From assembly GCA_035692985.1 (NCBI GenBank), contig DASSHG010000009.1, positions 7,717-71,716 on the forward strand: a stretch of DNA of 64,000 nt, in the 5' to 3' direction. A program made the position numbers and the translations under genes. Below are positions 34,276 to 43,435 of the stretch, one piece after another. Position 1 is the first letter of the stretch; the number at the start of each line of letters is the position of its first letter. Source of the stretch: Candidatus Saccharimonadales bacterium. Its GTDB lineage: Bacteria > Patescibacteriota > Saccharimonadia > Saccharimonadales > UBA4665. Under the pieces are notes generated by a model. It was not told where the DNA came from and did not search any database. It worked only from the letters and a program-made list of their open reading frames with translations.

Positions 34276-34583
34276 AAAGCAACACGCCAAACGCCCGGTT
34301 AGAAGATATAAGCAGGCAATTTAGCGCCTTAATGATAAGGTTGCGGCGTTACCGTCTGGAACTGTTCCTAGTATTCGTTATCTGCATATACGGCCTGGTA
34401 ATCTGGCGGATCAATACAATGTTAACAGCCCAGCCAACCCCCGAAGCGGTCACCAGTCAAGTTAAAGCCAACGGCATTCCCCAGATCGACCCCGCAGTTG
34501 TCCAACAGCTGCAAAACCTCCGTGATAATAGCGTTAACGTGCAGGTGCTATTTGACCAGGGGCGCAATAACCCGTTCCAGTAA
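34272..34583 (+). CDS. hypothetical single-TM protein (103 aa), last gene of the pilus operon
   Basis: ATGA overlap with the upstream gene. One TM helix. Confidence 0.5.
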   Translation: MKSNTPNARLEDISRQFSALMIRLRRYRLELFLVFVICIYGLVIWRINTMLTAQPTPEAVTSQVKANGIPQIDPAVVQQLQNLRDNSVNVQVLFDQGRNNPFQ

Positions 34584-35237
34584 TTATTGTGGGGCAGCGT
34601 CCGGAAACACTGGCGGAGCGCTATATGGTTCCTGTTTGCCCCCATGGTGAGCCTGCTCAAAGGCTTCCCTGGCAGCCAGGATTTTTTGGGCGTAGTAATT
34701 AGAGTTGGGACAATACGGAAAAACGAACTTACTGCGCTCACCGGCCGTTTCCACCCTAAGCGTACCGTATCTAAATAATTGGGCCGGTATGCCGGTTTGT
34801 TCGGCAGTAACATCTTCCAGGTTACCCAACGAAAGCTGTGAAGATTGCCTGCTGAATAAGCTGGTCTGCGTAATTTGCGTTAGGCTGTCGCTGGTCACTA
34901 CCCAGCTATTACCCCAATAAACCTTGTTAGCAATGAACACGAAAGCCAGGACTATACCGGCAATCACCAGGAAAATAAGGCTGCTGATTGTCATGACTGG
35001 TCCGCGGTGGTCAGAATCAATGCCCGGCGCTACAACAAATGCCAGCACGGCAAACACCAAAAGCAAAATGCCACCCATACTGTAAACACCGAACATACCG
35101 ATAGGATGACGCTTTATCTCACAGATAGTTTGTTCGCCGGGTTGCGTAACCTCCAGGGGATTGTGGATTTGCGGCAGCTGTGTCAATTGTGGCGATGGTT
35201 GAGACGGTGGTTGCGGATTGGCGTCTTGGGGGTTCAT
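34584..35237 (-). CDS. membrane protein with bacterial PH (YdbS/YdbT-like) domain
   Basis: Pro/Gln-rich N-terminus, two TM helices, then ...LGNLEDVTAEQTGIPAQLFRYGTLRVETAG. Confidence 0.55.
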   Translation of the reverse strand: MNPQDANPQPPSQPSPQLTQLPQIHNPLEVTQPGEQTICEIKRHPIGMFGVYSMGGILLLVFAVLAFVVAPGIDSDHRGPVMTISSLIFLVIAGIVLAFVFIANKVYWGNSWVVTSDSLTQITQTSLFSRQSSQLSLGNLEDVTAEQTGIPAQLFRYGTLRVETAGERSKFVFPYCPNSNYYAQKILAAREAFEQAHHGGKQEPYSAPPVFPDAAPQ

Positions 35238-35247
35238 AACTGTCTCA

Positions 35248-36279
35248 TTATAACAACGATGGCTGTTGTTTGTCGTTCTTTGGCCGCCTGTTTAGGTGTT
35301 TGTAAGCCCGCGGCGTTGCCTTGCGGCCCCGCGGCGTACGTTCCAATAATCCAATTTGCAACAAATACGGCTCATAAAAATCTTCCAGCGTGCCACGCTC
35401 TTCAGCTGTCAGGGCAGCCAGTGTTTCTACCCCAACCGGGCCACCGTCATAGTTGTCGATAATGGCCGTTAGCAACATCCTGTCGGCGGCGTCCAGGCCA
35501 AGTTCGTCAATATCGAGCAGCTCCAGGGCCTTGTGGCCCAGCGGCACGTCAATTATGCCATCGCCATTGACGTCGGCGTAATCGCGCACCCGTTTTAGTA
35601 AGCGGTTAGCGATGCGCGGGGTCAGGCGGGAGCGTTTGGCCAGTTCAGCGGCGGCTTTCTTATCTATTTTGACGCCTAGTATCTTGGCAGCCCGCTCGAT
35701 GATCTGTTGGACCTCTTCGGGTTTGTAGAATTCCAGACGGTGGATCATGCCGAAACGATCGCGCAAAGGCGCGGCCAGCGAGCCAGTGCGGGTAGTGGCG
35801 CCAATAATTGTAAATTTTGGTAAATCCAGCCTTAGGGAGCGCGCGCTTGGACCCTTGCCCAGCATAATATCCAGCTTGAAATCCTCCATGGCGCTATACA
35901 GCACTTCTTCGACGTTGCGGTTCAAGCGGTGGATTTCGTCTATAAATAAGATGTCGCCGTCTTGGAGATTAGTCATCAGGCTGGCTAAGTCGCCGGCCCG
36001 CTCGACAGCCGGCCCGGATGTTACCCTGATCTGCGCGCCCATTTCATTGGCGATGACATTAGCCAGCGTCGTTTTGCCGAGGCCTGGCGGGCCGTGCAGC
36101 AGCACATGATCGATCGGTTCGCCGCGTTTTTTTGCGGCTTTTATAGACAGCTGCAAATTCTTTTTGAGCCGCTCCTGGCCGATGTAATTGGCAAAATCCC
36201 GCGGCCGCAGCGTAACTTCTATCTTCTGTTCTTCCGGCTCCTCCGGCTCCGCTCCGGCATTTACGATACGGTCAATCAT
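35248..36279 (-). CDS. ruvB: Holliday junction helicase RuvB
   Basis: [26 protein letters not shown]. Confidence 0.95.
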   Translation of the reverse strand: MIDRIVNAGAEPEEPEEQKIEVTLRPRDFANYIGQERLKKNLQLSIKAAKKRGEPIDHVLLHGPPGLGKTTLANVIANEMGAQIRVTSGPAVERAGDLASLMTNLQDGDILFIDEIHRLNRNVEEVLYSAMEDFKLDIMLGKGPSARSLRLDLPKFTIIGATTRTGSLAAPLRDRFGMIHRLEFYKPEEVQQIIERAAKILGVKIDKKAAAELAKRSRLTPRIANRLLKRVRDYADVNGDGIIDVPLGHKALELLDIDELGLDAADRMLLTAIIDNYDGGPVGVETLAALTAEERGTLEDFYEPYLLQIGLLERTPRGRKATPRAYKHLNRRPKNDKQQPSLL

Positions 36280-36905
36280 TTAGCCGCCTTAAGATTAACG
36301 ATAATTTCTGATACTTCCATGGTTTTTGGCAAATCCAGTAGCTGCTTAATAAACTTTGCAACGTCTTGAACGTTCATTTGATTGTTATCATCTTCTGGCC
36401 CGAACGCGGCTGGAAATAAACTTACGACGCGGGACGGGTATTCTTTTAGCGCGAGGCGCAGATCAGCACTGAATCCACGCAAAGCCCACTTGGACGCGCT
36501 ATATGCCGGAGCGCCAGTTGAGGTATTGATTGCCGCTATAGAAGAAATATTCACAATATCCGTACCGTCTTTTTTAATCCGGTCGATAAGCTCGGATTCC
36601 AACAACATAGGCGCCTTGGCATGAATCGCCATGTTAAGTTCAATTTCTTCCTCGGAAATTTTTCCTAGTGGCGCGGCGTTATATAAGCCAGCGGCACTGA
36701 TAATCGCTTCCAGGGGTTCGTTGATTGATTCTATATCTTTGGCTGCTGATGTTACCTCTCCGCCGACAAGAAAATCGCATGAAATGTTATGATCGGCCTC
36801 AGGATTCTTATGCCGCGCAATGCTAACTACGGTTTTGTTGTCAGCTTTGAACAGTTTTACCAGCTCTTGCCCGAGCCGGCCACTGCCACCGGTAATAACA
36901 ATCAC
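36276..36905 (-). CDS. short-chain dehydrogenase/reductase (SDR) family protein
   Basis: TGGSGRLG Rossmann motif and YSASK catalytic motif. GTGA and ATGA overlaps with ruvA and ruvB. Confidence 0.8.
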   Translation of the reverse strand: MIVITGGSGRLGQELVKLFKADNKTVVSIARHKNPEADHNISCDFLVGGEVTSAAKDIESINEPLEAIISAAGLYNAAPLGKISEEEIELNMAIHAKAPMLLESELIDRIKKDGTDIVNISSIAAINTSTGAPAYSASKWALRGFSADLRLALKEYPSRVVSLFPAAFGPEDDNNQMNVQDVAKFIKQLLDLPKTMEVSEIIVNLKAAK

Positions 36906-37489
36906 TTGGAAACTCCTTTCAAAGCCTGTTTGATGCGGTCTTCGGTCGGTAATTTGGCGTCGATTTTCTGCAATGCGGCGGCGGCATCGGCGGTAGTGTA
37001 GCCCAGAGCAACCAGCGCCTCCACGGCCTCGTCTTTCATTAATCTTTCGTCCGATTGCAGCATGCCGGTTGATTCCAAGTCCACGCCGACTAGGCCGACC
37101 TTATCCTTTAGATCCACAACCACACGCTCGGCTACTCGTTTGCCGACACCTGGAGCCTGCTGGATAAATTTCACGTCGCCGGCGGCAATAGCCTGGCGTA
37201 CATCTGTCGCGGAACCAATGCTTAACATGTTAAGTGCCATTTTAGGCCCCACGCCATTAACGCCTAGCAACTGTTCAAACAAGTTTTTAATATCGCGGCT
37301 TAGAAACCCGAACAAATCGTGCGACTGCTCGCGGATGTGTTCGTAAATGTAAGCTTTTACCTGCTCGCCATTAACCAGCTTGCCGTGGTCTTCGGCCGTC
37401 ACGTATACGCCATAGCCGGTACCCTGAACCTCGACCACTACCATGTCCGACAGTTTTTCCTGGACTACACCAGTAAGCGTTGCAATCAT
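36902..37489 (-). CDS. ruvA: Holliday junction DNA-binding protein RuvA
   Basis: MIATLTGVV... OB domain and LLGVNGVGPKMAL HhH motifs. Confidence 0.9.
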   Translation of the reverse strand: MIATLTGVVQEKLSDMVVVEVQGTGYGVYVTAEDHGKLVNGEQVKAYIYEHIREQSHDLFGFLSRDIKNLFEQLLGVNGVGPKMALNMLSIGSATDVRQAIAAGDVKFIQQAPGVGKRVAERVVVDLKDKVGLVGVDLESTGMLQSDERLMKDEAVEALVALGYTTADAAAALQKIDAKLPTEDRIKQALKGVSK

Positions 37490-37531
37490 TAGCTATATTA
37501 TCTCATAAGGCGGCGCCCGAGGCTACGCCGT

Positions 37532-37570
37532 AAAAAACCGCCAACACAGTAAGGATAATGCTGGCGGTTT
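37532..37570 (-). terminator. probable intrinsic terminator between the Pro-rich ORF and ruvA
   Basis: Minus strand AAACCGCCA-18 nt loop-TGGCGGTTT followed by TTTTTT. The loop is long, so confidence is only moderate. Confidence 0.45.
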
Positions 37571-37589
37571 GATTACGTTGCGGCAAAAA

Positions 37590-37769
37590 TTAGACTGCCG
37601 GGTCGGCTGGAGGACCAGCCGGCGGTTCAACAGGTGTAACCGGAGCTTCCGGAGCACCTGGCTCTGGAACCGGTGACGGACCGGGGTCCGGTGCTGGTGT
37701 CGGGTCGGGTGCCGGAGGCGGCGTGACGCCGGGATCGTTAGCCGGCGGAGTTGGATCTGTTGGGGGCAT
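37590..37769 (-). CDS. 59-aa proline-rich small protein
   Basis: AAGGAG lies 8 nt before the ATG. Sequence MPPTDPTPPANDPGVTPPPAPDPTPAPDPGPSPVPEPGAPEAPVTPVEPPAGPPADPAV. Just below the ORF-track cutoff. Confidence 0.45.
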   Translation of the reverse strand: MPPTDPTPPANDPGVTPPPAPDPTPAPDPGPSPVPEPGAPEAPVTPVEPPAGPPADPAV

Positions 37770-37829
37770 GGGAGAGTCTCCTTATTTTTATTGTTTAATA
37801 TGACCTCTTAACTGTAACACAAGAAAGCT

Positions 37830-38306
37830 TTAGCGCAAATGCTTTGTCATGCTATGCGTGATAGCGGCAGCCAGGGCGTCGGCGCAGTCATCCGGCGTGG
37901 GCACGGTTTTAAGTTTCAAAATTACCCGCACCATCTCTTGGATCTGTTTCTTTTCGGCCCGGCCATATCCAGTCAGAGCCTGTTTTATTTGCAGTGGCGT
38001 ATATTCATAAATTTCCAGTCCGGCCTGCTGGCCAGCTAGTAGTACCACTCCGCGGGCCTGGGCGACCGTCATAGCGGTAGTCACATTTTGGGCGAAATAG
38101 AGCTTTTCTACCGACATAACCGTTGGCTTGGATTGGGCAATTATGTCTGATACTTCTTCGAAAATTGTCTGCAGCCGTACCGCATCGTCTTCTTTAGCCG
38201 GTGTCCGGATCACGCCAGCATCCACTAACTGTGCAGTATTGTTGTCGGCCTCAATCACCCCGAAACCGAGGATGCCAGTGCCAGGGTCAATACCTAGGAT
38301 TCTCAT
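37830..38306 (-). CDS. ruvC: Holliday junction resolvase RuvC
   Basis: MRILGIDPGTGILGFGV... is a RuvC/RNase H fold. Overlaps the yebC stop. Confidence 0.9.
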   Translation of the reverse strand: MRILGIDPGTGILGFGVIEADNNTAQLVDAGVIRTPAKEDDAVRLQTIFEEVSDIIAQSKPTVMSVEKLYFAQNVTTAMTVAQARGVVLLAGQQAGLEIYEYTPLQIKQALTGYGRAEKKQIQEMVRVILKLKTVPTPDDCADALAAAITHSMTKHLR

Positions 38307-39034
38307 GGCTGCTTCAGCAGTTCCTCGGGAATATCGAAGTTTACGTGCGTGTTGGTGATTTCGTCGATGTCTTCCAGGGCGTCCATCAGGCGCATGATTT
38401 TGGCAGCGGTGGAAGCATCGCTGACTTCTACGGTGTTTTTTGGCACGTAAGTCAGTTCGGCGGATTCAATTTTGAGGCCGCTTTTGTCCAGGGCTTCGCG
38501 AACTTTCATCAGCTCTTTCGGGTCGGTGTAAATCAGTGATTCGCCGTCTTCTTCCTGCACGTCATCGGCGCCAGCTTCCAGAGCTTGCAAGAGCATCTCG
38601 TCGCCAGTTTCCTTTACGCGGATCATACCGCGTCGATCAAACTGAAAAACCACGGCGCCTTTCTCGGCGATGTTGCCGCCATGCTTGGAAAAGGCCAGTC
38701 GGACGTCGGGATATGTGCGGTTAATGTTATCTGTGGCGCACTCCGCCAGGATGGCCACGCCGCCCGGGCCATAACCTTCGTACAAAACTTCCTGCATCTG
38801 CGCGGCATCTTTGTCTTTGGCCCGATCAATTGAGCGCTGGATGTTGGCAGCCGGCATATTGGCAGACTTGGCGTTGTCGATCGCCATGCGCAGGGCAAAG
38901 TTGCTTTCCGGATCGATGCCGCCACGGGCGGCCACGGCGATGGCGTTGCCCAGTTTGGTAAATACCGCACCGCGAGCCGCGTCCTTAGCCGCTTTCTGCC
39001 GTTTGATAGTTGACCATTTACTGTGTCCGCTCAT
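38303..39034 (-). CDS. yebC: YebC/PmpR family DNA-binding regulator
   Basis: MSGHSKWSTIKRQKAAKDAARG... is canonical. Confidence 0.9.
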   Translation of the reverse strand: MSGHSKWSTIKRQKAAKDAARGAVFTKLGNAIAVAARGGIDPESNFALRMAIDNAKSANMPAANIQRSIDRAKDKDAAQMQEVLYEGYGPGGVAILAECATDNINRTYPDVRLAFSKHGGNIAEKGAVVFQFDRRGMIRVKETGDEMLLQALEAGADDVQEEDGESLIYTDPKELMKVREALDKSGLKIESAELTYVPKNTVEVSDASTAAKIMRLMDALEDIDEITNTHVNFDIPEELLKQP

Positions 39035-39044
39035 TTTCTATCTG

Positions 39045-40634
39045 TTATTTTAGCAGATTTTGGATGTTTTGTCTGCGGAGCATCCTGGCCTTGAGCCTCT
39101 CCCAACCTATCGAAAGCTCTGGGTGCCATTCGTATAGAATGTAGACGCCGGCGGCAGCCACTACCGCGGCAATCGCGTACCAATGCTGACCAGCAGCCCT
39201 GGCAGCGGTTTTGATGTCGTGAATAGCTGTTATTTTGGGTTGGATTTTGCGGCATCGGCCAGTGTCAGGGTTTCGCTTCTGTCCAGCCTTGCAAGGTTTT
39301 TGGCTTTTTGCGGCGCCCAGCACAGAGCGACACCGGTTAGTAGCTGGATTCCGTTCCTGACCCTGCTTGCATGGAGTTGCTGTTTTGACAATTGCTGTAA
39401 TTGATTTGCAGCGGCCAGTGTCAGGGTTGCGCTCTTGGCCCGGCTTGCAGACCGCCGGCACAGCGGTGGCCGTGGCTATAGCACGGCAACGATTGGTTTC
39501 AGGATTACGTTCTTGATTGACGGCACAGGGTTTTAGCGATGGAGCAGCCATTGCGGGCGCGGTAAGTACCACTAAGGGAAAATAATTTGGTCCGGCCGGT
39601 TGGGGCGAGCTGGTCCACTGCCAGTCAGCGCCGTCAAAGGCCCAGGCCTGGCCGGTTTTACTGTCGGTGCTGGCATCAGGATATTCTATAACCGGCTGGT
39701 AAGTTTGCGCGCCGTAAGCGTCTTCCAGCCATACATAGCCGCCCGTCTGGGTCAGGCCCAAGGCCGAACCGTCATTTTTGGTATTGACCAATTGGTACTG
39801 ACCAGGTGCCAGATCGCCACTTAGACTAATCGTGTTGCTGGACGAGGTTTTCAAGCCGCCATAACTAGTACGCAAGCGGTAGTTTACCAGGTCTATCGTG
39901 GTACCAGAGCCATTGAATAATTTTACGTAATCATCGCACAGCAAGCTGGTATCGGTCGGCGAACAGCTAAGCGAACGGGGCAGCAACTCAACGATTTGCA
40001 GACCAGCAGTATCTGGTGGCGGTTGGTATAACGGCGTGCTGTAGAGTCCGGCCGTACCGGTCGCGAGCAAATTATAGTCCGCTGCGAAAGTACCAGTGAC
40101 ACTTAGCGATGACTTGCCGCGCTGCTTATGCTGGGCCCAGTTGTTGGCCGTTAATGTACCCGGCAAGAAAGTGATATTCTGCCAGTTAGTGCCGTCAGCA
40201 CCTAGCAACTGTATTGCGGACAGCTGCGCCGAAACGCAACCCGCTAAAAAATCATCCGGAACCGAAAAATGGGCTTCTGTTGCGTCACCGTTGGGAGCAC
40301 CCCGCTCAAAGCTAAAGTAAGATTTGGGCAGTAGCCAGCCCGCCGGTGCCGTCGCCGAATAGGTACGATCCACGCATCCGGCCGCCAAATCATGCACGGT
40401 GAACCGCAGCTGGGCGCCGGTTAGCTGCACCGGCGCGTCGGATTGGTTATATAGTTCGGCGAACTCCAACATACTGCTGCCACCAAAAGTAGTAATCAAT
40501 ACATCCGGCTGGCTGCTAGCCGGCGTGGAGGCCGGCGGCTGGACAGTGCTATCAACCGCTTGGGCGGAAATTGGAGTGATGACCGGCATCACCACGCTCA
40601 CGGTTATAACAACCAAGCTGATAATTTTTTTCAT
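39045..40634 (-). CDS. surface protein with signal peptide, two lamin-tail-domain (LTD)-like modules, 4 Cys-bracketed repeats and a C-terminal TM anchor
   Basis: LEFAELYNQSDAPVQLTGAQLRF and DDYVKLFNGSGTTIDLVNYRLRT resemble the LTD core. AAAGGAGAGG ribosome-binding site. Confidence 0.6.
   Translation of the reverse strand: MKKIISLVVITVSVVMPVITPISAQAVDSTVQPPASTPASSQPDVLITTFGGSSMLEFAELYNQSDAPVQLTGAQLRFTVHDLAAGCVDRTYSATAPAGWLLPKSYFSFERGAPNGDATEAHFSVPDDFLAGCVSAQLSAIQLLGADGTNWQNITFLPGTLTANNWAQHKQRGKSSLSVTGTFAADYNLLATGTAGLYSTPLYQPPPDTAGLQIVELLPRSLSCSPTDTSLLCDDYVKLFNGSGTTIDLVNYRLRTSYGGLKTSSSNTISLSGDLAPGQYQLVNTKNDGSALGLTQTGGYVWLEDAYGAQTYQPVIEYPDASTDSKTGQAWAFDGADWQWTSSPQPAGPNYFPLVVLTAPAMAAPSLKPCAVNQERNPETNRCRAIATATAVPAVCKPGQERNPDTGRCKSITAIVKTATPCKQGQERNPATNRCRSVLGAAKSQKPCKAGQKRNPDTGRCRKIQPKITAIHDIKTAARAAGQHWYAIAAVVAAAGVYILYEWHPELSIGWERLKARMLRRQNIQNLLK
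39246..39527 (-). repeat. four tandem 26-aa (78-nt) coding repeats, C-x-x-G/N-Q-E/K-R-N-P-x-T-x-R-C-R/K plus an 11-aa spacer
   Basis: CAVNQERNPETNRCR / CKPGQERNPDTGRCK / CKQGQERNPATNRCR / CKAGQKRNPDTGRCR at aa 370-463. Confidence 0.8.
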
Positions 40635-40721
40635 AATTGCTACCTCTCCTTTCTGTTAATCTACTATTGGGATTTGCATTGTGACGCGGCAGCCGAGATC
40701 CTGTCAAACTTCCATTAAAAT

Positions 40722-42197
40722 TTAATGATATTCTTCGCCAACTAGGCTTCCGGTTCGGAAATCATAACCAATTTTACGTTTTAGCCGCCAGATAAACAGC
40801 AGTATCGCAGCGTATGCCAGCACCATGCCGCGCGCGTCCAGACGGGCCACGGCGCCGGCGCCCGGAGCACCCGCCATCCAGACCGTCACTTTGCTTGTAT
40901 AGCTGAGCAGCACAGAGGCTGGCCAACCCGCCCAATGGGTCGCGGCTGCCGGCAGGAACATGCCCGCCGCGCCGGCCACAGTCGCAGCCAGCATAGTAAG
41001 CGGCATAAACGGCAATACCAGCAAGTTGGCTGGCAAACCATATATCGAATATTGCTGGAAGGCGAAAGCCATAAGCGGCGTGGTGACGATTTGTACCGCT
41101 AGAGTGTCGACAATAATCTGCTTGATCTCACCGTGGTGTTCCTCGCCCCAAAACCAGCGCTTGAGCATCGGCCCCAGCACAATCAGACCGCCGTACGCCA
41201 CAAAAGTCATATACCAGCCGACATCTCCCCAGACAAACGCTGGATCAATAAACGCCGTGGTAGCAGCCGCCACCGACAGCAAAACCACAGGGTGTGGCCA
41301 ACGGCCGTAATACCAAGTGGCCAAGCTCAAACTGGTCACTATAGCAGTCCGCGCCATTGGTGCCACGAACCCGGCAACCAGCGTTAACCCAAAAAGCATT
41401 CCTCCTGCCGCCAACATAGCCAACCGCTTGGAAATACGCAGGCAAAGCCGGCGTATCAAACGCACTAAAATAGTCACATTGTAGCCGCCGGCAATTACCA
41501 GATGTATCAATCCAACCAATTGCAGTTGCTTGATCAGGATGTCCGGCACCAGGTTATGCTGGCCGGTCAAATAACCAATCCCTAAAGCCGCTTCTTGCTG
41601 CGGTACGGTTCGCTCCAAACCGGTATCAAACGCGTCGCGCACGCTTCGTGATGGATCACCGCCAGGCGGCCGGATGGCACTCGTTAGTTTGGCGAACGAC
41701 ATGCTGGCAGCATAACTGCCGAAGCCAGGCCGCAGCTCGCCCGATAATTCAATCTGGTCCCCACGCTTTAAAGACAGCCCCGTTGAAGAGCTAGCCCACA
41801 CTTGGCCGCCCAAACGGGTTTGGCCAATCCGTACGTCTCGCAATCTTAGGCCGGCTTGACCGCTTTTGACAGTTATGTCGTCGGCAATGGTGCCATGCAG
41901 CTGCACTGTTTGGCCTATAAAAACCCGGTAATTAGATGTTTCTGCCAGCCGGTTTTCACCGCGCCACAAACCCAGCACCAAGCCGGCGGCAATTGCTATG
42001 AACACTAGCGCGACCGTGGGCGACCGTTTCATAACGACAACCGCTAGCAATAAACCTCCGGCGATAGCCGGCTGAGTGCCAGCAAATAGAGGCTTGCGGA
42101 ACGTAGCCGCCAAAATAATTCCGGCCATCAAGGCAGCCGAAAACCACGTCAAAAGCCAGGATACATGCAGCGGCCGCCGCCAAATGCCCAACAACAT
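40722..42197 (-). CDS. comEC: ComEC/Rec2 DNA-uptake channel protein lacking the C-terminal metallo-beta-lactamase domain
   Basis: An N-terminal TM and OB-like part, then the Competence domain (...LVGLIHLVIAGGYNVTILV...). At 491 aa it ends after the last TM segments. Confidence 0.7.
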   Translation of the reverse strand: MLLGIWRRPLHVSWLLTWFSAALMAGIILAATFRKPLFAGTQPAIAGGLLLAVVVMKRSPTVALVFIAIAAGLVLGLWRGENRLAETSNYRVFIGQTVQLHGTIADDITVKSGQAGLRLRDVRIGQTRLGGQVWASSSTGLSLKRGDQIELSGELRPGFGSYAASMSFAKLTSAIRPPGGDPSRSVRDAFDTGLERTVPQQEAALGIGYLTGQHNLVPDILIKQLQLVGLIHLVIAGGYNVTILVRLIRRLCLRISKRLAMLAAGGMLFGLTLVAGFVAPMARTAIVTSLSLATWYYGRWPHPVVLLSVAAATTAFIDPAFVWGDVGWYMTFVAYGGLIVLGPMLKRWFWGEEHHGEIKQIIVDTLAVQIVTTPLMAFAFQQYSIYGLPANLLVLPFMPLTMLAATVAGAAGMFLPAAATHWAGWPASVLLSYTSKVTVWMAGAPGAGAVARLDARGMVLAYAAILLFIWRLKRKIGYDFRTGSLVGEEYH

Positions 42198-42261
42198 TGG
42201 CCCTGATTATCGTCCATGCCCACCCGATAAACAAAAGAGAGTGCCAAAGACATTAAATAAT

Positions 42262-42981
42262 TTAATTTCCTACGGTTGGCACTACTTGGTCCGGGCATAA
42301 ATCCAGCACTTTTACCATAGCTTTGTGCTCCGCGGCCGTTACCCATAAACGATACTTCCGTTTCACAGCTATCTGCCGGGCCACATAACGGCATTCATAA
42401 TTCACATTCGGCGGCAGCCAGGCAGCCGCGTCGCCATCACCCTTTTGCTCATTGGACGGCCCATCGACCGCTAACAGTTCCAGCGGATCGTTATACAGTT
42501 GCTCGCGCTGGCTTTTAGAAAGTTGCTGGGCGCCGGTTTGCCACGAATCTGAGACAGCCACCACGTGGTCAATCTGTACCGCCGCGGACGTATTCGGGCC
42601 GCGTACGAAATGAATAGCCTTGCCCGTATATGGATCATTCAGGGTACCGGCCATAACCGTACAATCCGCTGGCGAGCGGTAGTACACGCCAATCATATCC
42701 CTGGCCAAAATTTTGTCGCGGATAGTACACGTATCCACCTTAGCCCAGCCGTCGCTAAATTGCTGGCGGTTGTAGCCGGTCTTCGAGGCCGGCGGCCGGA
42801 CCGCCAGCCCGCTCAGAACCGTCATCGCCAAAGACAGCTTCTGGTTCGCCGGCACCGATACGGTCTGGTGCGACTGCCGCCAATCCGCCGCCATCAAACC
42901 GCCAACTACCATGGCAGCAATCAGCACGATCGTCATACTGCGCCGCAACCGCCATTTTCCGATCGGTTTCATATCCGGCAT
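42262..42981 (-). CDS. secreted/membrane-anchored His-Me finger nuclease (DUF1524 / GmrSD C-terminal-like)
   Basis: N-terminal TM helix. VQIDHVVAVSDSWQTGA and LLAVDGPSNEQKGDGDAAAWLPP match the DUF1524 motifs. Confidence 0.7.
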   Translation of the reverse strand: MPDMKPIGKWRLRRSMTIVLIAAMVVGGLMAADWRQSHQTVSVPANQKLSLAMTVLSGLAVRPPASKTGYNRQQFSDGWAKVDTCTIRDKILARDMIGVYYRSPADCTVMAGTLNDPYTGKAIHFVRGPNTSAAVQIDHVVAVSDSWQTGAQQLSKSQREQLYNDPLELLAVDGPSNEQKGDGDAAAWLPPNVNYECRYVARQIAVKRKYRLWVTAAEHKAMVKVLDLCPDQVVPTVGN

Positions 42982-43059
42982 TTTACCAGCGCCGGCAATG
43001 AATGTTTTACAACTTTAAGGAAAGCTTAATGAAATTTCGCTTATTTTTACTTGTTTTTA

Positions 43060-43248
43060 TCAGCTTTTAGGATATCTGTGATCGCCTATAAAAGCCTGAG
43101 CAGAAAATACTATGACAGGAATGCTTAAGAAACCTGTAAGGTATTGCGGCAGAGTTGTGACTTCACCGGGCTTAAATACATCGTGAAAAAACAGTAAATC
43201 TACGAAGAGGAATCCAAGGATGAGCACAGCACTGATTATCTTTTTCAT
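43060..43248 (-). CDS. small two-TM membrane protein (62 aa)
   Basis: Hydrophobic ORF with no recognisable motif. Confidence 0.4.
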   Translation of the reverse strand: MKKIISAVLILGFLFVDLLFFHDVFKPGEVTTLPQYLTGFLSIPVIVFSAQAFIGDHRYPKS

Positions 43249-43289
43249 ATATTTATTGTACTACGTAAGACAAATACTTATGAGTGGTC

Positions 43290-43366
43290 TGGAGGGCCCA
43301 GTGGGACTCGAACCCACGACACCCTGCTTAAAAGGCAGGTGCTCTAACCAGCTGAGCTATGGGCCC
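43290..43366 (-). tRNA. tRNA-Lys (anticodon TTT), CCA encoded
   Basis: GGGCCCA..CCTGC-CTTTTAA-GCAGG..GTGGG-TTCGAGT-CCCAC-TGGGCCC-T-CCA. Confidence 0.9.
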
Positions 43367-43435
43367 GCACTTTAAGTGGCGGGAGGCCGGTAAATTAACT
43401 CCTTACATTATCTGTAATTCAGCCAAAAAGTCAAT

